Positions 9,040-17,713 of a DNA stretch of 42,440 nt are shown one piece after another. The position numbers and the translations under genes are program-made. Origin of the DNA: Gemmatimonadota bacterium. Its GTDB lineage: Bacteria; Latescibacterota; UBA2968; UBA8231. The DNA lies in NCBI GenBank assembly GCA_038153405.1, contig JAYOYH010000038.1, positions 1 to 42,440 of the forward strand, written 5' to 3'. Position 1 is the stretch's first letter. The number at the start of each line of letters is the position of its first letter. Below the pieces are notes generated by a model. The model saw only the letters and a program-made list of their open reading frames with translations, searched no databases and was not told where the DNA came from.

Positions 9040-10307
9040 CGTTTCTTCTCCTTCAGCGCAGCGAGCGCCTTGAAAAATTCGGGATGCACTTCCTCTATGC
9101 CCTGCGCATTGTCGACGACCACTTCACCTTCGGCCCACAGGCCCAACAGGGAAAAAGCCCGCGCAAGATGGGCGTCGCCGCGCGCGTCGAGCGACCCTCC
9201 CATCACCGGAAAGCCGCCCTTTATGACAATCCCCTCGGGAAATTCGCCGATGCGCACCTGCAGCGAACGCAGCGATTCAAAGAGATGCTGCACTCGATCA
9301 AATGCGCCCTCGCGCAGTAGCTGCACGTCGCGGATGACGATCTCTCCCGGCACGCGCGTAGCCAATACGGCCAGCAGCGCGACCTGTGCCAGCACGTTTT
9401 CAGCCCGCTGGCCGGCCACGCGCGTGGACTTTAACTCGCTCGGATGAACGTCCAGGTCGCAGGTCTCTTCGCCGTGCTCATTCAGCTTAAGTTCGCCGCC
9501 GATCTGGCGCAGCAAGTCGAGAAAGTGGCGCTGACCGGATCGCACGGCAACGCCCTTTATCACGACGTGCGAACCCTTGAGGACGAGCGCGGGTAGCATA
9601 AATGGGTAGGCCAAGTCCAGATCGCCGGCCACGTCCACATCCAGCGGCTGCACGGCCTGCCCGCCCTGCGTGGAAACGACGTACTCCTCACCGCTACGCC
9701 GCCGTTCGACCACGACCGCGCGCTGGCGCAGGAAGCGCTCCATGCGGTTGCGATTTTTGCTCGACTCGCGCATTTGCGTCACGCCTTCGCAGTAAAGCGA
9801 GGCCACCAGCACGGCGAGCTTATCATCTGCATTTATGTCCAATACTGCGTGTTGCACAGCGCTCGGCTCGCCCTTGCCAATAGCGTACACGCTCCGCGTT
9901 TCGCGCTGCGCCCCCATGCCCATAGCCGCCAGCAGAGACAGGGCACCGTGCGCCCAATCGCCCTCTTCGCCGAGCTGGACCCGAGTTACAAAGCGCTGCC
10001 CGGCGAGAATGGCCAGGAGCAACAGTCCACTCGCGCCCCATCCCTGCACGTCTACTATGTCTCCGGCAGGCGACAGCCCAGCTAGGCCTTTGCCGCGCAC
10101 GACCAGTCCATCGCGCTGCTGTTCGATCTCGACGCCGAGTGTTCGCAGGCACTCGACCACGCGCAGCGCACTGGGCGGCACAAAGCGCACGCGGCTCTCA
10201 CCCTCGGCAATGGCGGCCAGCAGCAGAGCGCGCTCGGCGGGCAGCTGCTCCCCGGGGACGCGCACCTCTCCCAGCACTTTCTTCGTAGGCGTAATAGACT
10301 GGCGCAT
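9036..10307 (-). CDS. AroA (EPSP synthase)-like protein with a degenerate active site
   Basis: GEVRVPG....RALLLAAIAEGES, V.GD, LR....DR, PEFF..L framework typical of AroA; full length; catalytic motifs substituted. Confidence 0.8.
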   Translation of the reverse strand: MRQSITPTKKVLGEVRVPGEQLPAERALLLAAIAEGESRVRFVPPSALRVVECLRTLGVEIEQQRDGLVVRGKGLAGLSPAGDIVDVQGWGASGLLLLAILAGQRFVTRVQLGEEGDWAHGALSLLAAMGMGAQRETRSVYAIGKGEPSAVQHAVLDINADDKLAVLVASLYCEGVTQMRESSKNRNRMERFLRQRAVVVERRRSGEEYVVSTQGGQAVQPLDVDVAGDLDLAYPFMLPALVLKGSHVVIKGVAVRSGQRHFLDLLRQIGGELKLNEHGEETCDLDVHPSELKSTRVAGQRAENVLAQVALLAVLATRVPGEIVIRDVQLLREGAFDRVQHLFESLRSLQVRIGEFPEGIVIKGGFPVMGGSLDARGDAHLARAFSLLGLWAEGEVVVDNAQGIEEVHPEFFKALAALKEKKR

Positions 10308-10319
10308 TATATCAACCGC

Positions 10320-10347
10320 ATGGTATTAGAGTCGCAATAGACGTCAA
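10320..10347 (-). promoter_or_regulatory. putative sigma70 promoter TTGACG-N16-TACCAT for the aroA-like unit
   Basis: hexamers in the AT-rich stretch; -10 ends 12 nt before the ATG, no Shine-Dalgarno. Confidence 0.45.
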
Positions 10348-10507
10348 AATTTGCTGCTGAGCAGCTTTTTTAAAACCGGCGGTAGAGCGGGTTTGAGGGT
10401 TGGTCCGGGAAACGGGCAGGCCCCGCACTCACCATTGCGCGTCGTTTCCCTTTCTGCTCGGCGACGCACACCATCCCTATGCAGTGCACTTGCGCGGCAA
10501 GATCGAT

Positions 10508-11602
10508 TCACGGGCGGCGCGCCACATAGCCAATGCCCTCCAATACCTCCAGCGCCTTTGCTGCCGCTGAATCGCTGTCAAATCCCAAGCGCAGCGTGCC
10601 CCCTTCGCCCTCGCGCACCTTCATTACCTCTATATCGCTGATATTGAGTTCGTGCTGCTGCAGGGCAGCGGCAATTTCAGCAATTACACCGGGGCGATCC
10701 TCTGCCACTACGAGGATCTCGTAGAGGGCGTGAATAAAGCCTTTGGCGTCGCGCGGAATCGAGCTGCGCACGCGATTGGCGTAGGCAAAATCATCGGATA
10801 AACTGCCGTCTTCCAACCGGTCGCGGGCATCCTCCAGCACGGCGATATAGCGATCGATCATGGCCCGCACGCGGTCGGCATTGGTCGCGTAAATATCCCG
10901 CCAAACCGGCGCAAACGGGCTCGAGGCAATGCGCGTCATATCGCGAAATCCGCCGGCGGCCAGCGGCAGAAAGTGGTCGCTCTCTTCGTTGAGTCGCCCG
11001 ACCATCTCCACTAGCGTCGTCGCCATGATCTGCGGCAAATGACTTATCGAAGCCACCGCCTGGTCGTGCGCATCGGCGTCCAACTCCAGCACGCGCGCGC
11101 CCACGCCCCGCAAGAGATCGACTAATGCGTCGTAGCGATCGCGCGGCACCTGCTCGTTCGGCACCAAAATGTAAATGGCGTTCTGGAACAAAAATGGATC
11201 GGCCGCCGTAACGCCCGCCTTTTCCGAGCCGGCCATCGGATGGCCACCGACAAAGTAGGTCTCCGCGCGGAAACACGCCCGAGCGCGCGCAACAATGCTG
11301 CGCTTGGTGCTGCCGACGTCGGTGACCAGCGCGCCATCCGCCACCAGCGAGGCCACTTCCTCCACCTGCTCTAGTATGCGCTGAATCGGCGTGCAGAGGA
11401 AGACGAGGTCGGCGCCGTCGAGCGCGCGCGCCATCTCGCCATAGCTCCACCCCTCGTCGATCACGCCCATATCCAGGGCCGTCTGCACGGTCTCAGGCCG
11501 ACTGACGCCGACGATCTGTCCGGCAAAGCGACCGCGCTTGAGCGCCAGCCCCATAGAGCCACCGATTAGGCCCACTCCGACTAAAACGACTCGATTGAAG
11601 AA
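10508..11602 (-). CDS. tyrA: prephenate/arogenate dehydrogenase with C-terminal ACT domain (start codon unresolved)
   Basis: RVVLVGVGLIGGS Rossmann motif, TDVGSTK, GGHPMAGSE, HD...ASISHLP, AAGGFRDMTRIASS, ACT EDRPGVIA. Confidence 0.9.
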   Translation of the reverse strand, partial: FFNRVVLVGVGLIGGSMGLALKRGRFAGQIVGVSRPETVQTALDMGVIDEGWSYGEMARALDGADLVFLCTPIQRILEQVEEVASLVADGALVTDVGSTKRSIVARARACFRAETYFVGGHPMAGSEKAGVTAADPFLFQNAIYILVPNEQVPRDRYDALVDLLRGVGARVLELDADAHDQAVASISHLPQIMATTLVEMVGRLNEESDHFLPLAAGGFRDMTRIASSPFAPVWRDIYATNADRVRAMIDRYIAVLEDARDRLEDGSLSDDFAYANRVRSSIPRDAKGFIHALYEILVVAEDRPGVIAEIAAALQQHELNISDIEVMKVREGEGGTLRLGFDSDSAAAKALEVLEGIGYVARRP

Positions 11603-11604
11603 GG

Positions 11605-11877
11605 CTAGTCCTCCTCTTCTTCGAGGTGCACCGCCTCGGCTATAATGCGGCGAAAGATTTCCTCAATGGCCACGTTGCGCATCGGTCCCTCGTTGTACTC
11701 TCGCAATTTTTGCAGCAATGCCTTTTCGCGCTCCGGATCGCGGATGGGACGGCCGTGTTCTTTTTTGATGCGGCCGATCGCCAGCGCACAGCGCATGCGC
11801 TCGTTGAGGCGTTCCAGTAGCTCTCTATCGAGCTGATCAATGCGCTCGCGCCACGCGCTGATATCCATATCGCTCAT
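11605..11877 (-). CDS. AroQ-type chorismate mutase
   Basis: WRERIDQLDRELLERLNERM..A..IGRIK, IRDPERE. Confidence 0.9.
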   Translation of the reverse strand: MSDMDISAWRERIDQLDRELLERLNERMRCALAIGRIKKEHGRPIRDPEREKALLQKLREYNEGPMRNVAIEEIFRRIIAEAVHLEEEED

Positions 11878-11878
11878 G

Positions 11879-12862
11879 CTAGCGCAACCCCATGGCCTGT
11901 CGCACATCGCGCATCGTCTCGTCGACAATGGGGCGCAAATACTCGACGCTGCGAGCGAGCACGCCGTCGATGTAGGACGGTTCGGCGCTGATTTCGGCGT
12001 AGCGAGCCTGAATGGGTTCGACCTCCGCCATTACCACGTCGAGCACGCCCTTCTTTAAATCGCCATAGCCCTTGCCGGCAAAGTGCGACTCGATCTCCTC
12101 CTTGCTCTGCCCGCTCAGCGCCCGGTAGATACCCAATAGGTTATTGACCCCCGGACGGTTCTCATCAAAGACGATCTCGGTCTGCGAATCGGTAACGGCA
12201 CGCATGATGGTCTTCTTGATTTTGTTGGGCGGATCGAGCAACTCGACGCTGTGGAACTGCCCCTCCCCCGATTTGGACATCTTTTTGGTCGGATCGTCGA
12301 GCCCCATAATGCGCGCACCCACTTCGCGGATAATTGGCTCGGGTATGGTAAAGACTTCGCCAAATTTGCGATTAAAGCGCTCGGCAATATCGCGCGTTAG
12401 CTCCACGTGCTGCTTCTGGTCTTCGCCCACCGGCACCTCGTGAGCCTGGTAGAGCAGGATGTCAGCTGCCATCAACGTTGGATACGTGAATAGTCCGGTG
12501 CTGACGCGCTCGCGCTGGTCGCCCGCCTTGTCTTTAAACTGGGTCATGCGCTCCAGCCAACCCATCGGCGTAACGCAGTTAAAAAGCCAAGCCAGTTCGG
12601 TGTGTTCGGGCACGTGCGACTGCACGAAAATATGCGCTTTCTCGGGGTCGAGACCGCAGGCGATGTAGAGGCCAACCAACTCGCGCGTGAGCACGCGCAG
12701 CTCTTCGGGGTCGTAGTCGACGGTGATCGCGTGCTGGTCGACTACGCAGAAAATATTCTCGCGCGCGTCTAAATCGGCAACCCAGTTGCGAATCGCGCCG
12801 ATGTAATTGCCAATGTGCAAGCGCGCCGAAGGCTTTACGCCCGAAAAAACCCGTTTCTTCAC
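11879..12862 (-). CDS. trpS: tryptophan--tRNA ligase
   Basis: HIGN, YPTLMAADIL, VPVGEDQKQH, KMSKS. Confidence 0.97.
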   Translation of the reverse strand: MKKRVFSGVKPSARLHIGNYIGAIRNWVADLDARENIFCVVDQHAITVDYDPEELRVLTRELVGLYIACGLDPEKAHIFVQSHVPEHTELAWLFNCVTPMGWLERMTQFKDKAGDQRERVSTGLFTYPTLMAADILLYQAHEVPVGEDQKQHVELTRDIAERFNRKFGEVFTIPEPIIREVGARIMGLDDPTKKMSKSGEGQFHSVELLDPPNKIKKTIMRAVTDSQTEIVFDENRPGVNNLLGIYRALSGQSKEEIESHFAGKGYGDLKKGVLDVVMAEVEPIQARYAEISAEPSYIDGVLARSVEYLRPIVDETMRDVRQAMGLR

Positions 12863-13638
12863 GTGCCTAATAGCTCCCTCACTTTGGCGCCGATATCCCG
12901 CTCGCGCATCAGCGCCTCACCCACTAACACCGCATCGACCCCGGCTTCGGCCAAACGCTCGACGTCTTCGCGGTGATTAATGCCGCTCTCGCTAACGACC
13001 AGTGCCCCCTCAGGCATATTGTCCAACAGTTCGAACGTGGTATCAAGCGTTGTCTTAAAGGTCTTTAAGTCGCGGTTATTGACGCCTATGAGCTGCGCTC
13101 GGGCTGCGGCCGCGCGCGCCAACTCGCTCTGATCATGCACTTCGACGAGCGCGGCCAATTCCAACTCGCCAGCTAGGCCGATGTAGTCGGCCAGTTGGCT
13201 TCCGTCCATGAGGGATACGATCAGCAAAACGGCATCGGCACCCAGCGCCCGCGCCTCGTAGAGCTGGTATTCTTCGACGGTAAAATCCTTGCGCAGCGAC
13301 GGCAGTTGACTGGCGGCACGGGCCGCTTGCAAATAGGCGTCGGACCCTTGAAAATAAGCCTCGTCGGTCAGAACGGAAAGACAGCGCGCACCGTTTTCAG
13401 CATAGGTGGCGGCAATGCGCTCAGGGTCAAAGTCTTGGCGAATCACCCCTTTGGAAGGCGAGGCCTTTTTAACCTCGGCAATCAGCGAAATGCCCTCTTG
13501 GTTAAGCGCGGCCACAAAGTCGGCGGGAGCGGGACTGTCGGCCGCGCGCAGGCGCACGTCCTGCAGACTGTGTCGGCGCTTGCGTTGGGCGACAAATGCG
13601 CGCTTGTACTCGGCGATTTCTTCTAGAATATTTGCCAT
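12859..13638 (-). CDS. trpC: indole-3-glycerol phosphate synthase
   Basis: IAEVKKASPSKG, LSVLTD, LRKDF, GVNNRDL, VSESGI, LVGEALM. Confidence 0.96.
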   Translation of the reverse strand: MANILEEIAEYKRAFVAQRKRRHSLQDVRLRAADSPAPADFVAALNQEGISLIAEVKKASPSKGVIRQDFDPERIAATYAENGARCLSVLTDEAYFQGSDAYLQAARAASQLPSLRKDFTVEEYQLYEARALGADAVLLIVSLMDGSQLADYIGLAGELELAALVEVHDQSELARAAAARAQLIGVNNRDLKTFKTTLDTTFELLDNMPEGALVVSESGINHREDVERLAEAGVDAVLVGEALMRERDIGAKVRELLGT

Positions 13639-14649
13639 CTATGCGTTGCTCAACTCCACCAACTTGTCCAGCGCGGCGCGCGCGGCACCCGATGCAATGG
13701 ATGCGCGCGCCGTTTCGACGCCCTCTTCCAGCGTTTCGGCAAGACCGCCTGCGGCAATAGCCGCTGCCGCGTTGAGCAGCACCACGTCGCGCGGCGCGCC
13801 CTCTTTGCCGTCGAGAACATCGCGCAGGATCTGTGCGTTGGCCGCCGCATCGCCACCCTTTAAGGCGCTGGCATCGACTACCTGCAAACCAACGTCGGCC
13901 GGGCTGATGTCGCGCGTGCTAACCCGCCCATCGCGCAATTCGCTGATGCGCGTTGGTCCCGTCAGCGTGATTTCATCTAATCCATCGCAACCGTGCACGA
14001 CAAAAGCGCGTTCGGAACCCAATTCGCCGAGGACACCGGCAATCTTTTCTGTCAGATCTGCTGCGTACACACCGATTAGTTGGCGCCGAGCGCCGGCCGG
14101 ATTGGTCAGGGGCCCCAGCACGTTAAACACCGTGCGCGTAGCAATTTCGCGGCGCGGCCCAATGGCGTGCCTCATGGCGCCGTGCAGCGCTGGCGCAAAG
14201 AGGAAGCCGATACCGGCCTCGTCGATGCACTGACCGACGCGCTCAGGCGCCACCTCTAAATTAACGCCCAATTCCGCCAATACGTCGGCCGATCCACACT
14301 GGCTCGACATGGCGCGATTGCCGTGCTTGGCGACACCCAAACCCGCTCCGGCCGCGACAAAAGCCACCGTCGTCGAGATATTAAATGTTCCCGAGCCATC
14401 GCCTCCCGTCCCGCAGGTATCCACCAGATCGGTGCGCGCCGTTTTGATCGGCGTGGCTTTCTCGCGCATGACCCGCGCACAGCCGGCAATTTCCTCTACC
14501 GTCTCGCCCTTCATGCGCAGCGCAATGAGAAAAGCGCCGATCTGCGCGTCGGTGGCCTGACCGCTCATGATCAGCTCCATCACTTCGCGCGCACCCTCGC
14601 CGCCGAGATCCTCGCCCGACACCAGCTTCTGAATCGCTTCCCGTATCAT
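13639..14649 (-). CDS. trpD: anthranilate phosphoribosyltransferase
   Basis: DTCGTGGDG, FNIST, KHGNR..SS..GSAD, GPLTNPA, DGLDE. Confidence 0.97.
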   Translation of the reverse strand: MIREAIQKLVSGEDLGGEGAREVMELIMSGQATDAQIGAFLIALRMKGETVEEIAGCARVMREKATPIKTARTDLVDTCGTGGDGSGTFNISTTVAFVAAGAGLGVAKHGNRAMSSQCGSADVLAELGVNLEVAPERVGQCIDEAGIGFLFAPALHGAMRHAIGPRREIATRTVFNVLGPLTNPAGARRQLIGVYAADLTEKIAGVLGELGSERAFVVHGCDGLDEITLTGPTRISELRDGRVSTRDISPADVGLQVVDASALKGGDAAANAQILRDVLDGKEGAPRDVVLLNAAAAIAAGGLAETLEEGVETARASIASGAARAALDKLVELSNA

Positions 14650-14668
14650 AGGTCGCTCCTCTGCGTTG

Positions 14669-15253
14669 CTAAAAAAGCCTGAGAAAGTTGTCCAATAGCG
14701 GCATGCCCGCTTCCGTCAGAATGGACTCGGGGTGGAACTGCACGCCCACAATGGCCAAGCGGCGATGGCTCAGGCCCATAACTAGCCCATCGGCCGTCTC
14801 GGCCGAGACGCGCAGCTCATCCGGCACGCTGTCGCGCGCTACCACCAGCGAGTGATAGCGCATCGCCACAAAGGGATTGGGCAGGCCGGCAAAGAGCGCG
14901 TCGCCATCGTGGTAGATCGCTGCCGTCTTGCCGTGCACGGGCTCCGGCGCACGCACCACGCGAGCCCCAAAAACGCTGGCGATTACCTGCATGCCCAAAC
15001 AGACACCCAACAGGGGGACGCAGCCGGCAAAGGCCCTCGTTACTTCGCGCGCGCGCGCCGCCTGTTCCGGCCTGCCGGGACCAGGCGATAGCACGATGCG
15101 CGCAGGAGCGATTTCCCTGATCTGCTCCAGCGAAACATCGCCGCCTACCACGACCACATCGCCGCCCAACACCTGCAAATACTGCATCAAATTGTAGGTA
15201 AAGGAGTCGTTGTTATCAAGTAGCAACACCTTCTGCACTCGGCTCAACTCCAC
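14669..15253 (-). CDS. stand-alone anthranilate/aminodeoxychorismate synthase glutamine amidotransferase (TrpG/PabA)
   Basis: DNNDSFTYNL, SPGPG, GVCLGMQ, RYHSL, QFHPES. Confidence 0.92.
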   Translation of the reverse strand: MELSRVQKVLLLDNNDSFTYNLMQYLQVLGGDVVVVGGDVSLEQIREIAPARIVLSPGPGRPEQAARAREVTRAFAGCVPLLGVCLGMQVIASVFGARVVRAPEPVHGKTAAIYHDGDALFAGLPNPFVAMRYHSLVVARDSVPDELRVSAETADGLVMGLSHRRLAIVGVQFHPESILTEAGMPLLDNFLRLF

Positions 15254-15406
15254 GCCCTAAAGCAGCCTGTTGGAACAGCGAAAACGGCGCCGATCACCGC
15301 GCACGGCGCCTCGGCACAACCGCTGTGCGCATGGCCTCCACAAACGCATTCAACCATCGATCCGCCAGCTGCGCCGCGCATCGATCGGACGCCTCTACCG
15401 CATCCA

Positions 15407-17548
15407 TCACTTGGCCAACTGCCCAATGACCTGCGCGACCAACTTCAGTCCCCAGTCGCCCTGCAGCGTCAGAATGGATTCCGGGTGAAACTGCACGGCG
15501 GCAGCGGGGTAGCTCTCGTGCGCTATAGCCATGATTACCCCGTCTTCCGTCTCGGCCAGCACCTTAAAGCAGTCGGGCAGCGCTTCGCGTACAGCATAGA
15601 GCGAATGGTAGCGCCCGGCGACGAATTCACTGGGAAAGCCCGCAAAAATGCCTTCGCCCGTGCAGCGCACCGTCGAAGGCTTGCCGTGCATGGGATAGGA
15701 AAGCACGCCCAGCCTTCCGCCGAAGGCCTCGACCATGCCCTGCAAACCTAGACAAACGCCAAATACCGGCAACTGGCGCCGCACGCACGCGCGCACGAGG
15801 TCGGGCACGCCAAACTCCTCGGGCGTGCCCGGTCCCGGCGAGACAAAGACCAGATCGGGTTGCACTTCGTCGAATACGTCGGGCGGAAAGCCGGCGCGCA
15901 CCGTGGTTATTTCGGCGCCCGTCTGGCGCACATAGTCGCCCAGCGTGTGCACAAAGGAGTCGCGGTTGTCGACAAAGAGCACCTTTTTCCCGTGCCCTGT
16001 GCGATCTATCTCGACGCGTCGATCGCCCTGCGCAGGGCGCACGCCGATCACTGCGTTGATAAAGGCCTCGGCTTTTGTACGCGTCTCGCGCTCCTCTTCA
16101 TCGGGCACGGAGTCGCACAGCAGCGTCGCACCGACGCGCACCCGCGCCTCGCCACCCTCTAGGTGGACGGTTCGAATCGTAATTCCCGTATTGATTTGTC
16201 CGTTAAAGCGCAGCATCCCAACGCACCCCCCGTACCAGCGCCGCGCCGAATTTTCTAGCTCCTCGATCTGCTGCATGGCCGCCGGCTTGGGCGCCCCCGT
16301 CAGGGTGACGGCCCACATATGCGAAAGCAGAGCGTCAAAACCATCGCATTCGTCCTTGAGCTCACCTGTTACGTAGTCGACGGTGTGAATGAGTTTGGAA
16401 TACAATTCGATCATCCTGCGCCCTTCGACGCGCACGGACCCAGCTTTGCAAATGCGCGCCTTGTCGTTGCGGTCGACGTCGGTGCACATGGTCAACTCCG
16501 CTTCGTCCTTTTTGGAGTTGAGCAGCGCGCGAATCTGCTCGGCGTCTTCGATGGGCGTGCTGCCGCGGCGAATCGTCCCCGATATCGGACAGGTTTCGAC
16601 GATCTGGTTCTCCACGCGCACGAACATCTCTGGCGATGCCCCCACCAGCTGCTCACCGCCGAGGTTGATGAGAAACTCATAGGGACTAGGATTGGTCGTG
16701 CGAATATTTTCGAATAGATCGCGCGGCGTACCCGCATAGCCCGCACTGAGCACCTGGCTCGGCACGACTTCGAAAAAATCGCCGCGCTGCGTGCCGGCAA
16801 TCACCTTGCGCACCTTGTCGGCATATTCGCCCGGTGCGTGGTCGCAGCGCACATCGCTGGCCACACCGCGCCCGATCTGCACGTCCGGCGTATCGCGCGG
16901 CAGTCCAGCCGTAGACAGATCGCCGCGGCAAAAGTCGTAGGTGTAGCGCAGCGCCTGCTCTTTGCGGTGGTCGACCACGATGAGTTGGTCGGGAATAAAC
17001 AGGTGCAAGTCGGGCTGGTCGGCCGCGCGCTCGTGGCGCAGCTCTATCGGCTCAAATTGGAATACCAGGTCATAACCCATCGCACCATAAAGGCCCAGGT
17101 GTGGCTCATCGTCGGCGCGCATTTGTTCGACCAAGGCGCGCAGCACGCTAAAAATTGTCGGCTGCTTTGAACGCTCCTCTTCGCGGAAGTGAGCCGGCAT
17201 CGGCAGCACGCGACCGCGCAGCTGACCGTCGCCCTCTTCCAGCTGCTCCAGGTGGGGATGTCCCTCGAGGCCCGCGCGCACAATCTGCAGCAGCACGCGG
17301 CCGCGCTCGTTGAGCGGACGAAAGGCAAATTCGCGCTGGCGCGCCTTCAGCTCCAGCGGCGGATTGGCAAATCCGATATCCCAACGGCTGTAGCGCCCCG
17401 GGTATTCGTAGCCGCTGGCAAAAAGTGCTCCGCACCGCCTGTTGAGCATAGCCAACACGTCTTCTAGCGGAGCGTTCAGCACTAACTCTTCCACCGCGCG
17501 CGCGATCGCTACGCCGCCCCTTGTCTCGTATGTCTCCGTCGTTTTCAT
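15407..17548 (-). CDS. trpE: fused anthranilate synthase components I and II
   Basis: SGYEYPGRYSRWD, NPSPY, GASPEMFV, PISGT, MCTDVDRNDK, TGAPK, followed by GATase DSFVHTL/GVCLG/QFHPES. Confidence 0.95.
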   Translation of the reverse strand: MKTTETYETRGGVAIARAVEELVLNAPLEDVLAMLNRRCGALFASGYEYPGRYSRWDIGFANPPLELKARQREFAFRPLNERGRVLLQIVRAGLEGHPHLEQLEEGDGQLRGRVLPMPAHFREEERSKQPTIFSVLRALVEQMRADDEPHLGLYGAMGYDLVFQFEPIELRHERAADQPDLHLFIPDQLIVVDHRKEQALRYTYDFCRGDLSTAGLPRDTPDVQIGRGVASDVRCDHAPGEYADKVRKVIAGTQRGDFFEVVPSQVLSAGYAGTPRDLFENIRTTNPSPYEFLINLGGEQLVGASPEMFVRVENQIVETCPISGTIRRGSTPIEDAEQIRALLNSKKDEAELTMCTDVDRNDKARICKAGSVRVEGRRMIELYSKLIHTVDYVTGELKDECDGFDALLSHMWAVTLTGAPKPAAMQQIEELENSARRWYGGCVGMLRFNGQINTGITIRTVHLEGGEARVRVGATLLCDSVPDEEERETRTKAEAFINAVIGVRPAQGDRRVEIDRTGHGKKVLFVDNRDSFVHTLGDYVRQTGAEITTVRAGFPPDVFDEVQPDLVFVSPGPGTPEEFGVPDLVRACVRRQLPVFGVCLGLQGMVEAFGGRLGVLSYPMHGKPSTVRCTGEGIFAGFPSEFVAGRYHSLYAVREALPDCFKVLAETEDGVIMAIAHESYPAAAVQFHPESILTLQGDWGLKLVAQVIGQLAK

Positions 17549-17566
17549 CGCATACCCATGCTAAAC

Positions 17567-17598
17567 AAAAAAACCGCGAACGCCTTAGCGCCCGCGGT
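17567..17598 (-). terminator. trp attenuator terminator hairpin
   Basis: minus strand ACCGCGGGCGC-taag-GCGTTCGCGGT-TTTTTT just upstream of trpE. Confidence 0.85.
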
Positions 17599-17627
17599 GT
17601 CGATTTCAGTGTACTCCAACAGCACAA

Positions 17628-17702
17628 CTAGGTGGACGCATCCCTTGCTCTATCAGCAGTATGCCAGCACCACTCGCGTCGATTAAGTCTGTTCGCGTCC
17701 AT
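17628..17702 (-). CDS. trpL: trp operon leader peptide (MDANRLNRREWCWHTADRARDAST)
   Basis: 24-aa ORF with W-C-W, lying between the promoter and the terminator hairpin upstream of trpE. Confidence 0.75.
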   Translation of the reverse strand: MDANRLNRREWCWHTADRARDAST

Positions 17703-17713
17703 AAGTCGCCATA

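Noticed and set aside
9036..10307. Calling the AroA-like ORF MurA or a conventional pseudogene
   Set aside because: No MurA KN or GGCxIGxRP motifs; the frame is intact and full length
15244..15426. 60-aa Cys-rich ORF between trpE(G) and trpG
   Set aside because: Overlaps both neighbours, no Shine-Dalgarno or family features; weaker than the coupled 37-aa alternative
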